Positions 39,339 through 53,564 of a stretch of DNA of 64,000 nt are shown piece by piece. Below the pieces are notes generated by a model, which ran no database searches, was not told the DNA's origin, and saw only the letters and a list, made by a program, of their open reading frames with translations. Made by a program: the position numbers and the translations under genes. The stretch lies in assembly GCA_964057225.1 (NCBI GenBank), contig OZ059900.1, forward strand, positions 9,982,001-10,046,000, written 5' to 3'. Position 1 is the first letter of the stretch, and every line of letters begins with the position of its first letter. This DNA comes from Auanema rhodensis. Its lineage: Eukaryota; Animalia; Nematoda.

Positions 39339-41465
39339 TGTCGTATATGACTTAAGGTAGCGTAATACGACAATTGAAAAGTTGGCTGCTCGCTCGATAG
39401 CTGCCAAGACTGATTAGTGGCACTCTAAAGTGGCTACTTAAAGAACATCGAGTGATTGACATTTTTTTCTGCTAATTCTTAAGCGGTAACTGATGTCAAA
39501 ATTATCACTTAAACAGCAGCTGCTTTTTTTTGTTCAATTTTGACTGATTTCATCTTTATTATCACAATTTAGTTTTTGATTTTATCAGTTTAGGAAATAT
39601 TCTAAGCAATTTGTCAATATTCTTCCTCTAATGCATACATCAAACGCACACCTTCAGTAGCATCCTGAGAATTGTCATTGTCTTTTTTGCAGCAGCAACC
39701 CCCCCCCCTCGTAAATTCTTCATGTACATCTCAATCTTATCTAAAACTCAATTCATGTTATTACTTGGGCAAAGATTACCTTACTAGGCCAATAAAACGT
39801 AAAAAAAGAATAAAAGAAAAGAGTCGAGTAGTGGCTAAAAAAAGCAAAAAGACAAGACAAGAGAGATAGATAAACAGCCAACGACTCTAATACTATTCAT
39901 AAGCCTTTGTATTTTTTTCTCATACCATCTCTCGTTTTTTCGTTGACATGCATCTGGTTACATCACGTGTTTTAATCAGGAACACAGGAGGAGATGAAAC
40001 GTTCATATTTCCTTTTTTGCCCATTCTTTGCTCACATAATTTATTGCTAATAATGGCTGACAGTATTGTGATAAAGAATTAAGGAAAAAGGCATAGACCA
40101 GAAAAACCTTTAATGTTTGATGAAAAATTTTTTTTTAATCAAAAGATATGTTTTAAACATAATTTTTACAATCCATTTTTAGTTTTAATCAACATTTATA
40201 ATCTGAAAAAAAACCAAAAATTATACATTTTTCAACATTCTTCAGTTTTTTTGTAATAGTTTGTAGTATACATGATAACAAAACTACAGTAATCACAACG
40301 ATACGTATAATTGAAAATGAAAAGAACTCGATCTATCATTAGGAAAATATAAGTTGCTTGCATATAATATATAAATGAATGTATATTATTATTTATTTAT
40401 TATATGATATATGGCATTATAGCAATTTTTATCGTTTATTCATAACACATGACATCTATTCTATTTGTTTTTTATTATAAGTTTCTAAGGAAAATATATA
40501 TAACGCATATTATGACTTTGGTTAAAGCAAAATTGTATATAAATTACATTAATATGCTCATGTTCGTATAAATTGAGTCAATATTGAATAAAGTCATCTT
40601 ATTTTTTGTCTTGATTTCAATGAAAAATTCTATTTTCAAAGTAATATTACACAGATTAACTATCATCATCTGATTTGATTAAAATTTCCTTCTAAAATGA
40701 TTCAAAATTTGAACTTGAATTTCATTTTGATTTTTAACCAAAATTTTCGGTTTCTAAACCAAAATTTTGCTTAATTTTCGATCTTTTCGGACGATAGAGT
40801 GATTTTCAAATTAACATCAATCTAATGAAATTTAGGTTTTGTTTTCTACTCATGTGCTTACATACATTTTAATTTATGGATCAGTTGAATTTCAGGTTTG
40901 TTACTAGTTTATACACTAAAGAATAATTTTATTAATTATATGCAATGATTCTCACTGTTTAATATGTTTATCAACTCAAACTTTCTCATCGCGATAGTTA
41001 ATAGGATGGAAAAGAATCTTTAATGGTTGCGTTCAATTCACTTTCGTATGATGCTGCTATATAAGAAATTGTGTGATGTAAGATGGATTATCATTGATTA
41101 TATTCAACGGTATGTTACAATTACGTTAACAACGAACAATGCAATAAGGGAAGTTTAGAAATTGAAAATATGTGTCATTTCTCCAGACAAGATCAATCTT
41201 TACCGACACAAATGAAGTTCATATGAAGATCAGGACGAATGCGACAAACCCCGCGAAAGGTTCGACCTAATTTTCTCTTTTTCTGTTTCAATTCTTTGTT
41301 CCCATTATCATTGTTAATTCTCGTTTCATCCAGAAAGAGGTTGGTACTCATCTTCCTTTCATCATCAACATTTATTCGTTGATACTTATTTTATTTTTTT
41401 CTTTCTTTTTCCTTAAAATGGTTTTTGATTTGAATATGAATATCATACTAATTTATGAATTCAGA

Positions 41466-44201
41466 ATGATCAAGAAGCTGATGCTACTTGAGCTGCTGTG
41501 TTTCGCTGTGGTTTCAGCTCAATCCACAGAAAAGTCTTTGAGTTTGGCTGAGCGTTTGGTATCCACATTGCCCGAGTTACCATCAATGATTCGCGGAGGA
41601 ATAACTGGAGATACTGGAGGATTCCAGTATATATAGATATAATTTTTATTGCTAAACGATTGTTTATTACAGAAAAATCATTTCAAATGTTCTCGGAGAT
41701 GGTCTTATCAGTCAATTGGTTAACGACCCTCTTCAGGTAAAAGGCATAGTTCGGATCGGCTCATATAATTTTCATATTAGGTCGCTGGTGAAGTACTGCC
41801 TGAACTGGGAACAAACATCTCTGAAATAAACGGAGTTGATTCTAAAGAAGCACGTGCGCTCTCGAAAGGATTATTTGGATTATTGTAAGATGCATGATAT
41901 ATACAAATGCTTTAAAATAATATTTATATTAGAACAACCACTAATAAGCCAACAACAGAGGCAGCTATGCTAGTTGATGGAGTGCCTGTTGACTTTGATG
42001 CATTCATCAGGTATATATCTTCGTACAATGCATGGTAATTCTTATGTTTTTCCAGAAAACATAATCTTGAAAATCAATTTTCAACTAAAAAGCCTCGCCC
42101 AACCACACCTCCACCACCATCAGCTGAGAAGGTATGGAACATAAATTAAAATAGCCATAATCTGGAGTTCACGTTCAGATTGCCGATGTAGTGCTCAATA
42201 AGCTTCAAAGTCAAATGAGAGAAAAAGACAGAGTATGCATGAATTGTTGTAAACAAAAACAGAAAATAAGCTGAAAATTGTTTTAGGATACTGAAAGAAC
42301 ACCAAAAGTACAGCCCATGATTTTACCTCCATTCAGCCCCGATCCATCATCTATGTATAACATGGATTATATTCAAAGATATATTCAAAGTCAAAGTTTG
42401 TCTTGAAAATGCTGAACTTTTCTATAGCATGATGTGTTTTCTAGCTGGTGCTTCTATGGCTACTAACAATGGTAATCTTATGAGTGGTAGTCCACCTGGA
42501 TTCCAACAAACATCAACACAATCGCCTTTATCTGTTGTAGCAAATGCTTCCCCCACTAGCTATGAAGTGAGACGCAGCCCTAACTATATTGAATATTCTT
42601 TTTTCATTGCAGGAAATCAAAAGATTGAAAGAAATGCTGGGAACTTATGAAGAGATGATTCAAACAAAAGACTTTTTTGCTAAAAGAAAGCAACTTCAAG
42701 TATTGGAAAATCAATTAGAACAACATCGTAATCAAATCCATGAACAGCAAAAGCTGGAAACTACTTTACGTGAGAAGGTATAGTAATTGATACTAACTAC
42801 AGGCTAATTGAGATGTTTTAGGAACGGCTTCTGCAAGAAAAGAAAAAAGAAATGGAGCAAGAACTTCATGCTCAACTCAAAAGCTGGAATCTGACTGATA
42901 TCCCTGAAGTCTCTTCAACAACAACCTTGACTACCCCCATTCCCACAACAAGAACTACACCAGCTGCCCTTATTCCCGTACTAATTCAAGATCCTATTCA
43001 GGTTCTACTTTCATCAGATATGACCTAATGAATAACTGAAAATATCGTTTAGGAAAATCATTCAGTTCGAGATTTCAACGATGAAATTGTTGTTTTGGAA
43101 GATATTCCACATGAAGAAATTGTAGCTTCAAGATTACATTAGATTAGCTTCATGTTTTATGTTTCAGAGAAGAGCACCCCAACATTTTGAAGCAACTGAG
43201 CAATATCCCGTTGTACATAAACAGTCTTATCAATCTGGCTTTGGATCATTTTCTATTAAGCCATCGGCTATAGTCAGGTATTCAATACTTTACTCAAAGA
43301 AACAATGCTTATTCTCAATATTTAAGAGATGCTGAACGTTTGCACAGCAACTGCGAATGCAAGAAGTTATCGATGAACATGATGAAGGCATGAACATATA
43401 CAACAAACTGTTTTTATTTTATGAAGTTTTCAGGGAGATTGGATTATTGCATTTGTTACCGAAAATCTTCTCAGCACAATTTCTGAAAAAGTTATGACAA
43501 CTCTCAACTCGCATGAGCCCGAAACGCCAACCTGCAGCAATTTGTTTATCTCTGGCAGTAGTCCACGCAATATTCGTGAATCACGTGTCAGCTGGGAATT
43601 CCGTACTGAACAATCACCAAAACTGAACAGGGTTTGTCATACAGTATTGCATAATATGTATGTACTAATATTACATTTTGCAGATATCTGGTTATCTGTA
43701 TCGTGATGACGATAGAACAATGCGTATTCAATCAAGTGATGCTCTCGATGATCTATTCAGCAGAACAGGTTTGTTATACAACTTCTCTTCTTTTTTTTGA
43801 TTACGGAAAGCTGATAAATATTCATTTTTGCCTTTCAGTTTGTGCATTGAAGACAAATGAAGGAAATCAGTACGAGTATATGCTCTTATCAATGGTTGAA
43901 GGTATAGTATAATCTTAGTGTTTTTTAGTAAAATACTTCCTGAATTGCATAAGCATAAGCAATATAATTTATCATTTGTAATCAAAATGATTCAGATTCA
44001 TGCAAAGAAGCAATGCTATTGGTACGTGATCCAGCACAATTCTTCAATGAAGAAAACAGAGAGTTAACTCAATATCTCAAAACGGTATACTTTTTTCATT
44101 TTTATTCAAATCACTTATAAATTTATTTTTTTAAGAGAATTGATGATGGAAAATTGCAAAAACTTCAAATGGCTCCATTTGCTCATTCCTGCAGTGAGTA
44201 A
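41466..44201 (+). CDS. Secreted multi-exon protein with coiled coil, Thr/Pro-rich linkers and a C-terminal lipocalin/calycin-like domain
   Basis: Signal peptide MIKKLMLLELLCFAVVSA and many short introns. C-terminal CECKKLSMNMMKGDWIIAF...YEYMLL...LLVRDP...PFAHSCSE* fits lipocalin GxW and terminal-Cys patterns. GC donor at 43388. Confidence 0.75.
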
Positions 44202-47200
44202 AGTATCGATTTATCAGCCTAGCCTGTCTTTCAGTACTGTAATCTCTTGAGTAATTTTATCCTGATTTCATTTACTTCTAGTTGAAATTGAAAACAAAAC
44301 ATTCTTAAAAAAAAGTAAATTCAACCGAAAAATGTTTGTTTTGACCGCATTTGCGGCACCTATCTTGAAAATTTTTTCTAAAAACGCTTTGTTTAACGTT
44401 TACATGCACTTCTCAAATCAAATTTGATGATCAAGTCAATATAATTAATACGCAAAAAAAAATAATAAGTAATAATTAGTCGTATTAATTATAATTAATT
44501 TAGATAATCAATTTATAATAATAATAAGATTGTATACCATATGTTTCTTAACTTTTTGTATAATTATTGATATTTTTACTTAATAATATTAACTATAATA
44601 ATAATAATTGTCATAATTTAATTCCAATGATAATCATGTTTGAGAAATTGTACGAAAAATAATAAAACTTTAAATCGTTTCAAAGGTTTTGCCGTCTAAA
44701 GATCAGGAAAAATCATGCGACTAGCCAGTGAGATGTACAAGCCTATCTGTCATTGCTGAATGAGTGACAGGAGGTATTGAATGGTTTGCAGTTAGATATA
44801 GCACAATACTTTATACTTTAATTGAATATGACAACAGAAGAGGTGCAAGGCTCTATTCGTGTCATTTGAACTACAAACCTGCCAAAATGTGACATGTTCC
44901 TGTTATGTACTAGTATTGGTGCAATAATTTTTGAGATTACTTAGCTCAGTTTTTTTTCGCGAAAACACTGTCTGTTTCCTTTTTTTTGAATAAAAATACG
45001 CAATGTTGATGGTCACTTTTTGTTTTTTTTTTGAGATTCTAGTAATTCGTTTCCTCTTTTTTGCCTGCCTCCTTCATCATTCATTTGTCTTATTTAACCA
45101 AAACGTTTAGATTAAATGAAATGAAGAATTACATAAGGGAACAAAGACAAATGAGAATTGATTGATTGAAAATACGCAGATTAGAAAAAGAAAGAGGAGA
45201 TGAATGTGCAGCATATTTCCACTATTATTCTTGTTTACAGCTCATCCATACACCAACATCAGCTGGTCGTTGTATTTGAATTGAGCATTAGAGCTTGCAA
45301 CAAATGGCATTTTTACGTTTTATCCGAGCAGCCTTAATACACACAACGCATTTTTCTTATTATTAACGCTTGTACTAACTATTATGAACTATTTTCTATA
45401 GCATTACGCTATATTTCTAATTATCTCATCTATGTTCTGAATAAACTTCATAATTCGCTTGCTGGTTTGATGCACTTATCTCAACATATCCATTGTTGTT
45501 CAATTCATTTCTGATCTTTTTACTAATCTCTCATCCCTTCAACCTCCTTTCTCAGTTAATCTAGTGCTTTTTCAATTTTTTTTTCGTCATTAGTACTGTC
45601 TTACTTACGGCAACCGTTGTCCCAGATGAGTGCAGATAAGATAGCCATGATCGCATGACATCAAACAGGTAGGGAGACTGAATAGAAAGAATGCGTTTGA
45701 AGTTTTTTTATGATCCATGCGCTAGAAAAGCAGCTATTGCTGGCTTTCAAGATTGAGAAAAGATATTGAAGATGATGGGTTTCAAACGGTTTGGTTGTAG
45801 GATTTTTTCGGAACAATATCATAGTGTTTGACACGCTATTTGGCCTCATTCTCGCATCTTCCATTCTTTCTCCAAGCCCTTATTGAGTTTGATATTTCTC
45901 TACTTTTCTTATGTTTTATCCAACAATTTTTTCCGTTTTTTCAAATCGAAATCATCCTTTCGTTTTTTTCATTTTCATCATTTACTTATCTTTCATCCGT
46001 TTTCGATTCATTAACGCAAATCAGTCAAGCGGAAAAACGTGAAATGTGCTAACTTTTTCTCTCACATCTTGTCGGAAAGAAAAAATCTTACATTATCACA
46101 TCGTTTTTCAACCAAATTTGGTACATGAAGTTGTGTAGCAAAAACAATCCGTTTTCCGGATATTTTTGATAAAAAGAAAGTATTTTTGTTGTATGCAATC
46201 AAGAAAAATAGGGTATCCTGGGATCCAGATGAACATGTATGAACTAATTGCGTAACCTCTTTATCTTGAACTTTAATTCTTCATATCGGATTAGAAGCAC
46301 AAATTATATTTTATTCAAGATTTTAGTTGCTATATCTATTATCACAGCAAATGTTTACATCATGTATTTTGTTAGAATGAGGATAGAAATTCGAATTTAG
46401 AATCAGCTGAGGTATTTCTCCGATTGCGAGGGAGTGAGGAGATTGAATTAGGCAGCAATATATTGTCATTGTGATATTGAGGGATATCAAGCCTGCACTA
46501 GAAATTTGAGGTGCAAAATGCATAAGAAATGAGAGATTGTTGTGGGATTAAGAAGAGATGCCTCACACATGGATGAGATAGCTCACTCTCAAGATGAACT
46601 AAATGTATAATATATTAACTGAGATAATTCTCTCAATCTCTCAATGTATCAGTTGTATTGAAAAAATTGGTAACATTGGTGTGTATGTGTGGTATGGCAC
46701 AAGGCCAACGCACCGACAGCTGACTCATTTCACCATAGGTGGCTCTTTGATCTTTTTTTTGTCTTGGCCTTTCGTCGGAAAATTTTGTGACAATTTAATG
46801 ATTGATATTGGATATATACTTATATCTTTTACACTGAAATGAAGGTGTCTCTCTCACAATTGAGTCTTCGAATCGCACGCTCCCATACATCTTCCACTCC
46901 CGCAATATCCCTACAGGGGATCTGAAATGCTTGACAGCAACAGATCCATTGCATTTCAATTGAAGGGACAAAATATCTGTCAGAACTGTTACGTAAAATC
47001 AAGACAATAGGACCAGTTTTCAAATATATTATTCAAATTTTAGAGCCTATCATTCTGAAACTAATAAAAGAGAAAGTATAATCATCAATAATAATTAGAT
47101 TACTAAAGGATGCGCATCATATCAACTCACTTTAACCATATGAAATATCACTAAAACTATTCAATTTATTAAATTATAATAACCGTAACAAATTCAATTT

Positions 47201-47316
47201 TTATTTTCAACTTTTGTATATTTCTTGAACTTTTCCATTTACTTTTCTTAAAAAACTGAAAAAAATTATAATATTGACCATTCTAGAGGTCATTACTTTG
47301 TGGTATTGCCTTCAAA

Positions 47317-50300
47317 ATGTCTATTAATGGGCTCAGGTATGCTATTGTTTTTTCAATCTTGTACTTCATAGTTTAAACTCAAATTCATTCTGTATTTCTA
47401 GTATGGAGTCACTGAACTTACTACGGAGTCCTATAGGATTTTCCATGGATCGCATCTCAGTGAGTCTATGTATAGTATATCGATTTATTGAGAAATACAT
47501 ACTATAATATATTTGTATAAAATACAAAACAGCGTCTTATGTAATTTTTCAGAATATTCATATATCGATATACTATTGGGAAATTTATTATTTTATTCGA
47601 TTTTATACCAAATTTAATGAATTATAATAGAATATTACAATGCGTAGTCTAATACACACTATCTATCATTAATTTAGATACTTTCAATGATATTTCCATT
47701 TCTAATTAAGATGATAAAAACTTTTTTTTCTATTTGAAATTGTTCATCTTTGTTCAAGTTAACCATTTTAGTTTGGCGGAGAAAGCGAGAGAAAACGCAC
47801 CAGATGGCTATCAAAGTTAGAAGAGATAGAGGCCAAGCTAGGCGAATCAGAAACAATAAACTCTGAACTGATACAAATAAAAGCTGAATTGGTAAGATTA
47901 ACGTTTATGGTTGTCTTTTTATAACTTGTTCTTCCGAAAGTTGTTTTCTTTGTTCTTTTACTATGCTTAATATTATAAAATTAGTTAAGATTAATGATTT
48001 AGAATCGCAAAATAATCGAATTGGAAAAAGCTCAAAGACCTCTGATCGACGAGAATCGTAAGCTCCAAGGACGAAATAAAATTCTGCAGCAAGAAATGAA
48101 AAAGTTGGAACAGCAACTATCACATACCAAGGACGACTTCTTCACAATGGTAAGTTGAAATGTTATTCATTTTCTTTCTGCTTTTTATTACAAAAATCAG
48201 CCATTATATGCGACTACGACAGCCAAAATTATGAAAAGAACTGCTTTAGCTTATATTTGACCGATTTTTTCTCATAAATGCATAGCTCTATGTCATAGTT
48301 TATCTCAAGCGCATTCACAGAGAGATGCTCACGAACGGGTCCGCAAAGAAAACTGTGCGCTCAAAGGTAAACGAGCAAATGCTGAAAAATTGGAGCAACT
48401 TAACCGATATCGACAACAAATTATGGAATATTCTAAATGCATAACAGCTTTACGCAGTTCTGGCCTGGTATATTACTCAATCAATATTGCTCTTAACATA
48501 GACACATTCCCATTAAATACAGGAAAAAGATAGACGATATGAATTGCTAATCAATAAGTACAGACGACTACGCAAATGTTTTAGAAATGGGGAATTTGAC
48601 AATGATACTAGAAGGTTATTCATTCCTTTCATTCAATACGTTTTTTTGTTCAATTTCTAAAGTTTTCATACAAAAATTCGAAATTCTTGATCACAAAATG
48701 CCCAATAATTCACAATTATTTAGCACAAATGGCAGTGATTGCTCTATAGACGATTTAATTAATTTAAATACAATAAATGAAGACTTTGAAGAGGTTAATT
48801 ATAATCTTTTATTCACATTATTTTGCATGATAGTAAAACATATAATCAATCACATAATATATTACACATAAAGTTAAAATGGGATGGGTTTATCACTATA
48901 ATTACATCGTTATGACACGTTTATTAAGTTATAATAATCATATAATCACAATAATATCACATTATTACTATTATTATTATATTTATGCATGATAATATAA
49001 TATTTTATGTTAATTTAACATCACATCAAAAACTTTTAACTATAATATTGGTAATAATTATATGTAGTTGAATGTTTTTAATCATATCAATAATTTTTAA
49101 ACTTATTCTTTAGAAACTTTTAAGAGCATTTGCTATTTTTTTTCTGTTTTTGCACCTACCACATGATATATATTACTCTTGTAATTTTTGAATACTATGC
49201 TGTTTATGCAAATAATTAAAATATATTAAACAAACATTCTTTATTTTATATCTGCACTGTAAAAGGAGACCGCACTTTCGTTCATTCCTTCTCCCTATCC
49301 CTCCTTAGCTGTTTATGCATTTTGCGTCTCTATCTTTGTAAATTATTCGAATTGTTGCGCAAGTTCTATATACTGCACATGGCGAATTGTCTTATCCTTC
49401 CCCCCCTCCAATTCTTCTGTCCACATATATCTTCATTGCCGCACACAGACACACATAATAACAGTTATATACAGCATATTATTCATCTCTTTTCTCCAAT
49501 CAATTACATAAACCACATATATCGTATCTTCTTTCGTTCACATCACCTCATTTAACTGTCAACATCAACACCAATTATCCTAATACTGTCCGCAAAATCT
49601 AATCTTCAATTTCTGATAATCCTATTTTTCATTTAAGAATGCACTCCATTCGACATCATCTGACGGACAGTGTAGCAAGATGGCCAGCCGTGAAGAGGTG
49701 AATTAACTTGATTTATTATATTCAATTAACTATGCTTATATTGCTTTTGTTTTTCAATATTATTTTTTTGTTTCTCGTATTCATTCACATGTTTAGGAAA
49801 TCATATACATGGCTCGCATCAAAGAACTTGAATGCCAAATTGAAGAGTTAAAGCAAGAAGTGGCAGCTTCTCGTGATCAGAATGAACTATTGGAATTCCA
49901 AGTTTTAGAAATGGAAGAGACTACCAAGGTTTTTATTAACACATAAGTAGCATATCATAACTAGTTTGTTAAAGGATTCCAATTCGAATGAAAGCAGTTT
50001 TGCCGATACCGCAATTGATTCAGAAAGCTATTGTTCAGATAATGTAATTTTTTTGTATTTCACCTCATGAAATTCTATTATAACTTATAGGATACTTCAT
50101 CCCTTCAAGACGATATTGATCAATTACACCAAAGTGCTACTTTGTCAGAAGAAGAGAAACGAATTGTTCGGAGAATTGCTAGTCATATTGAAATATTGAA
50201 ACAGGTTTAAGCTACTTGAGCGTTACCAGGTTTCACTGACTTATAAACTTTAGAAATGTAAGCAGTTAACTAGTGAACTGGAAGAAAATGCTAGAAGAAA

Positions 50301-51457
50301 TGAAGCAAGCACTTGTAGTTCTTGCGAAACTTTAAGAAAGGAAACTGAAACTAAAGATGAAGAATATAAGGTCCAGAAAAGTTGTCATCCTCATTCAGAG
50401 GTACTTTTCAATTTTTTAGATCGAATGTGACAAGTTCAACAGTGACATTGCTGCATTAACTCGAGTTGTTCAAGAAACTGCTCTAAATTTGGAAAATGAG
50501 AAAACTAATTGTTCCGAATATAAAAAGTTAGTTTAGGACTTAAACCTAGTAAATGTGTTTAAATTATGTAGAAAACTCGATTTTCTTACTACTGAGAAAG
50601 AGATGAACGAGAAGAAAATGGAAAAAATTTCAAATTCCATGAACGAACTTCAATCTAAAATTGGACAATTACAAGACAAATTAACTAAGTTGTCGGCAGA
50701 GAAAGAAGAGGTATCATTTCTTCCCTTGAATGTTGATATCAGCCTGAAATTCTATAATTTAGTATATTCTCAAGAATTCTTCCTTAACTGAAGAAAATGA
50801 GAAGCTTAGAGAGCAAATTCGCCCAATTAAGTACGTTTGTTGGTTAATGAATGTCGTTAAAGCCCTTTATTACAGAACGGATTTAGAAAGAAGATATGAG
50901 GAAACAAAATATAAATTGGCAGAAGCTCTTGAAAAGATTCATGATTTAGAGGTTAGTATATCTCTTCATTATACTTGCGTTTATGCTAATTATAACCTTT
51001 TCAGTCGTCATCCGTAGCTAATAATGATGCTAATGAAGTACATACTGAATTAACTGAGGTAATTAAGCAAGACAAACAGAACTCATTTATTTGGTTTATT
51101 TACAGATGAAAGAATATAATAAGCACCTCGAAGAGCAGATACAAGCTCAAACTGAAATGATTGATTTGTTGAAAAATAAGGTTATGGAGGTCTGGAAAGA
51201 TTGAGCTGATGTAGTATATTCAATGCATTTTCAGCAAAAAGTTCTAACTGATTACATAACAAATATTTGTCGATCAGAAGATGGCGAAAAGCTATTATCT
51301 GAATTGGTTGCATATAAGAAAGAAATGAAAGACGGGAACGAATCCAAGTGCTTGGTAGATGTAAGTAATTGCATTGCTTTCCTTTTATTTCCCCCAGATA
51401 AAAGGCACATCGTTCTATTTTCAGATAATTCAAAGCAAATTCATGCTTCCAGCTTGA
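47317..51457 (+). CDS. Long coiled-coil protein, JAKMIP/Marlin-like (5' end uncertain)
   Basis: Spliced heptad-rich exons (LEKAQRPLIDENRKL...; YMARIKELE...SRDQNELLEFQVLEMEE, resembling JAKMIP QNELLEFRILELE). Last exon IIQSKFMLPA*. Confidence 0.75.
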
Positions 51458-51863
51458 ACGTAACATACACTCGATGCCACAGCTTTGAACAATGAAATGT
51501 GTATTGCATATTTAATAATCTCAAAATGTATTTTAATAAAATATTCAAAAGATAGAGGTGAAGTAGAATTTATTTCACTAACTAGAGTAACAATAGAAAT
51601 ACGTTTCACAACTTTAAAAATGGAAAAGAATGAAATGTAAATATGTAATGATAGTATAAAAAAGAAGAACAGTGCATAATTAACAAAATTAACACATAAA
51701 ATAGATAAAGTTAGTAAAGAAATTAATTTCTAGTAACACTTTTTACAACAATATGTTTAATTTAAACATAAGTTAAAGCCATTTCAAATGTACATAAAGA
51801 GAAACAATAGCAGGGAAAGTTGAAGTTGGAACAGTATGCAGCATAGATAGATCTTTAAGTTCT

Positions 51864-53564
51864 TTAATTATTGACATAATCAACGTCAGAGTTAGACCTT
51901 TGATTACAATTGAAGACTCTAGAGATGCATTCCAGGCGTGCTCGCTGATTTCGACTAGCAACACGTGCTTCTCTTCCTTTTGATACCATGCGAGAGATAA
52001 GCTTCGTTGGTGTGTATGCCTTCACATTGTGTTCTTCCAGAATCGATGTAGCAAAACCAGGGGGGCTGACTCTCTCTATCCAATCTAGTACATCTTGAAG
52101 CAGCGTTGGCTTACCACTGCATATTTTGCGTAGACCGAACAAACTCTGAGCCGATATGCTTTTGAGATACATTTCGCTAGCATCTTCAGCGGGAATCATG
52201 CTTTTTAGTTGTTCGTCGTAGTAACGGTAGCGAATTTCCTTACATGAGAATGCATCCTTTAGTCTTTTCTTCGCGTCTTCGTAGTCTCCAATATTCCCTT
52301 TCATCATGTCCGGTAATAATATGTCTCTAGCCGGTCCATGGACTTTATTCATCAATGCTGTTAGCTTCATGTCTGTGGTATACTTATCTTGCTTATCAAT
52401 AAGGTTTATGAATGGTGTCCAAAACATATCAAATTCATGTGGATTTCCAGTAAAATCAGGAATTAGATCAAGAACTTCATTCACCGGTAAATGGCTGTGA
52501 ACATCTTCAACGAGCGTGAATTTGATATCATCTTTCTCTAATACTGCCGAAAACAGAAGCGTATGCGACTTTTTCTTCTTCTTCTTTTGTCCGTCTTCTC
52601 CACTACTTCCTGGTGCATCTGATGTATCCTGCTCAGGCTCTTCATGAAATCTTTTATGCACATCTGGGGGATAGAAAACAACATTTTTTTCGAGAGCTCG
52701 AGCTTTAGGAGGAGACTTATCATGCTTGAAAGCAAATTCAACGCCATCAAATGGACTTTCCGTATTATTATTATCACATCTACTAAGTGCTATTCTCTTA
52801 TGGTATAAATGGCCAGTTAATCGTTCTGCTACAGCTCGTAGATATGCTGGATTGTCATTGTCAGTAGGATAGGTGCCGAATTCTTTAGCCATTTCATGTA
52901 GTCTTTCAATGCACTGCTTATTCAGATATCCAGGCAAAGGTCCATCAACAATAACATGAAGAGAACGATTTTCCTTAAATGCTTGATCAAGAAAAGCCAT
53001 CATTTCTTGAATTCCAAATTCAATACGGCCTATTTCATTGCCACGGTCAAGCAGATCATCCATAAACTTCTGGCATTCAGCAATCATAAATTCTCTTTTG
53101 CTAGTAATGGCAAGCTCCTCTTTTGGAAATACAACGTTGAGAAATTTCATTCCTGCTACGATTCCGGCTCTAAGTAACTCGAATGAATGATCTCGCATAT
53201 CTCTTAAAGCATCCAAATGAAAAATAATTGCATCCTTTGGTGTTGTGCCTGTTCGTTTGCAAACATTGAATTGTAAATCAGCAGGATCTTGTGGAATACT
53301 GTTTATGTCAGAAACATACTGCTTGAATGCTCTCTTGAATTCTGCCTTTTCTGCCTAAAATTTAAATTACATACAACAATTCTCATTAAATCAACCCACA
53401 TTTTTTCTCTTAGGATGTTCTTTTCTTCGAGCTAAAATTCTAATTGCTTGAGCTTCCGCACTTTCCTATAAAAATAATTATTAACTTCCTGAAAAGTTTC
53501 GAAGAGAACTCACTTCCACATGCGGCGGAAAACGAAAATTCACAGGCAGGCTCACAAATGGCAT
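51864..53564 (-). CDS. Intron-containing gene (~535 aa) with a BEL/Pao Gag DUF1759-like domain; putative domesticated gag
   Basis: Exons 53564-53514, 53465-53400 and 53354-51864, in frame with GT-AG introns. IPDFTGNPHEFDMFWTPFINLIDKQDKYTTDMKLTALMNKVHGPARDIL...DYEDAKKRLKDAF matches the DUF1759 pattern P.F.G...W..F...F...I......K...L...L.G.A......Y..A...L...[YF]. Confidence 0.75.

Noticed and set aside
47674-48123. Hydrophobic minus-strand ORFs 47674-47856 and 47905-48123
   Set aside because: Antisense shadows of the coiled-coil gene exons.
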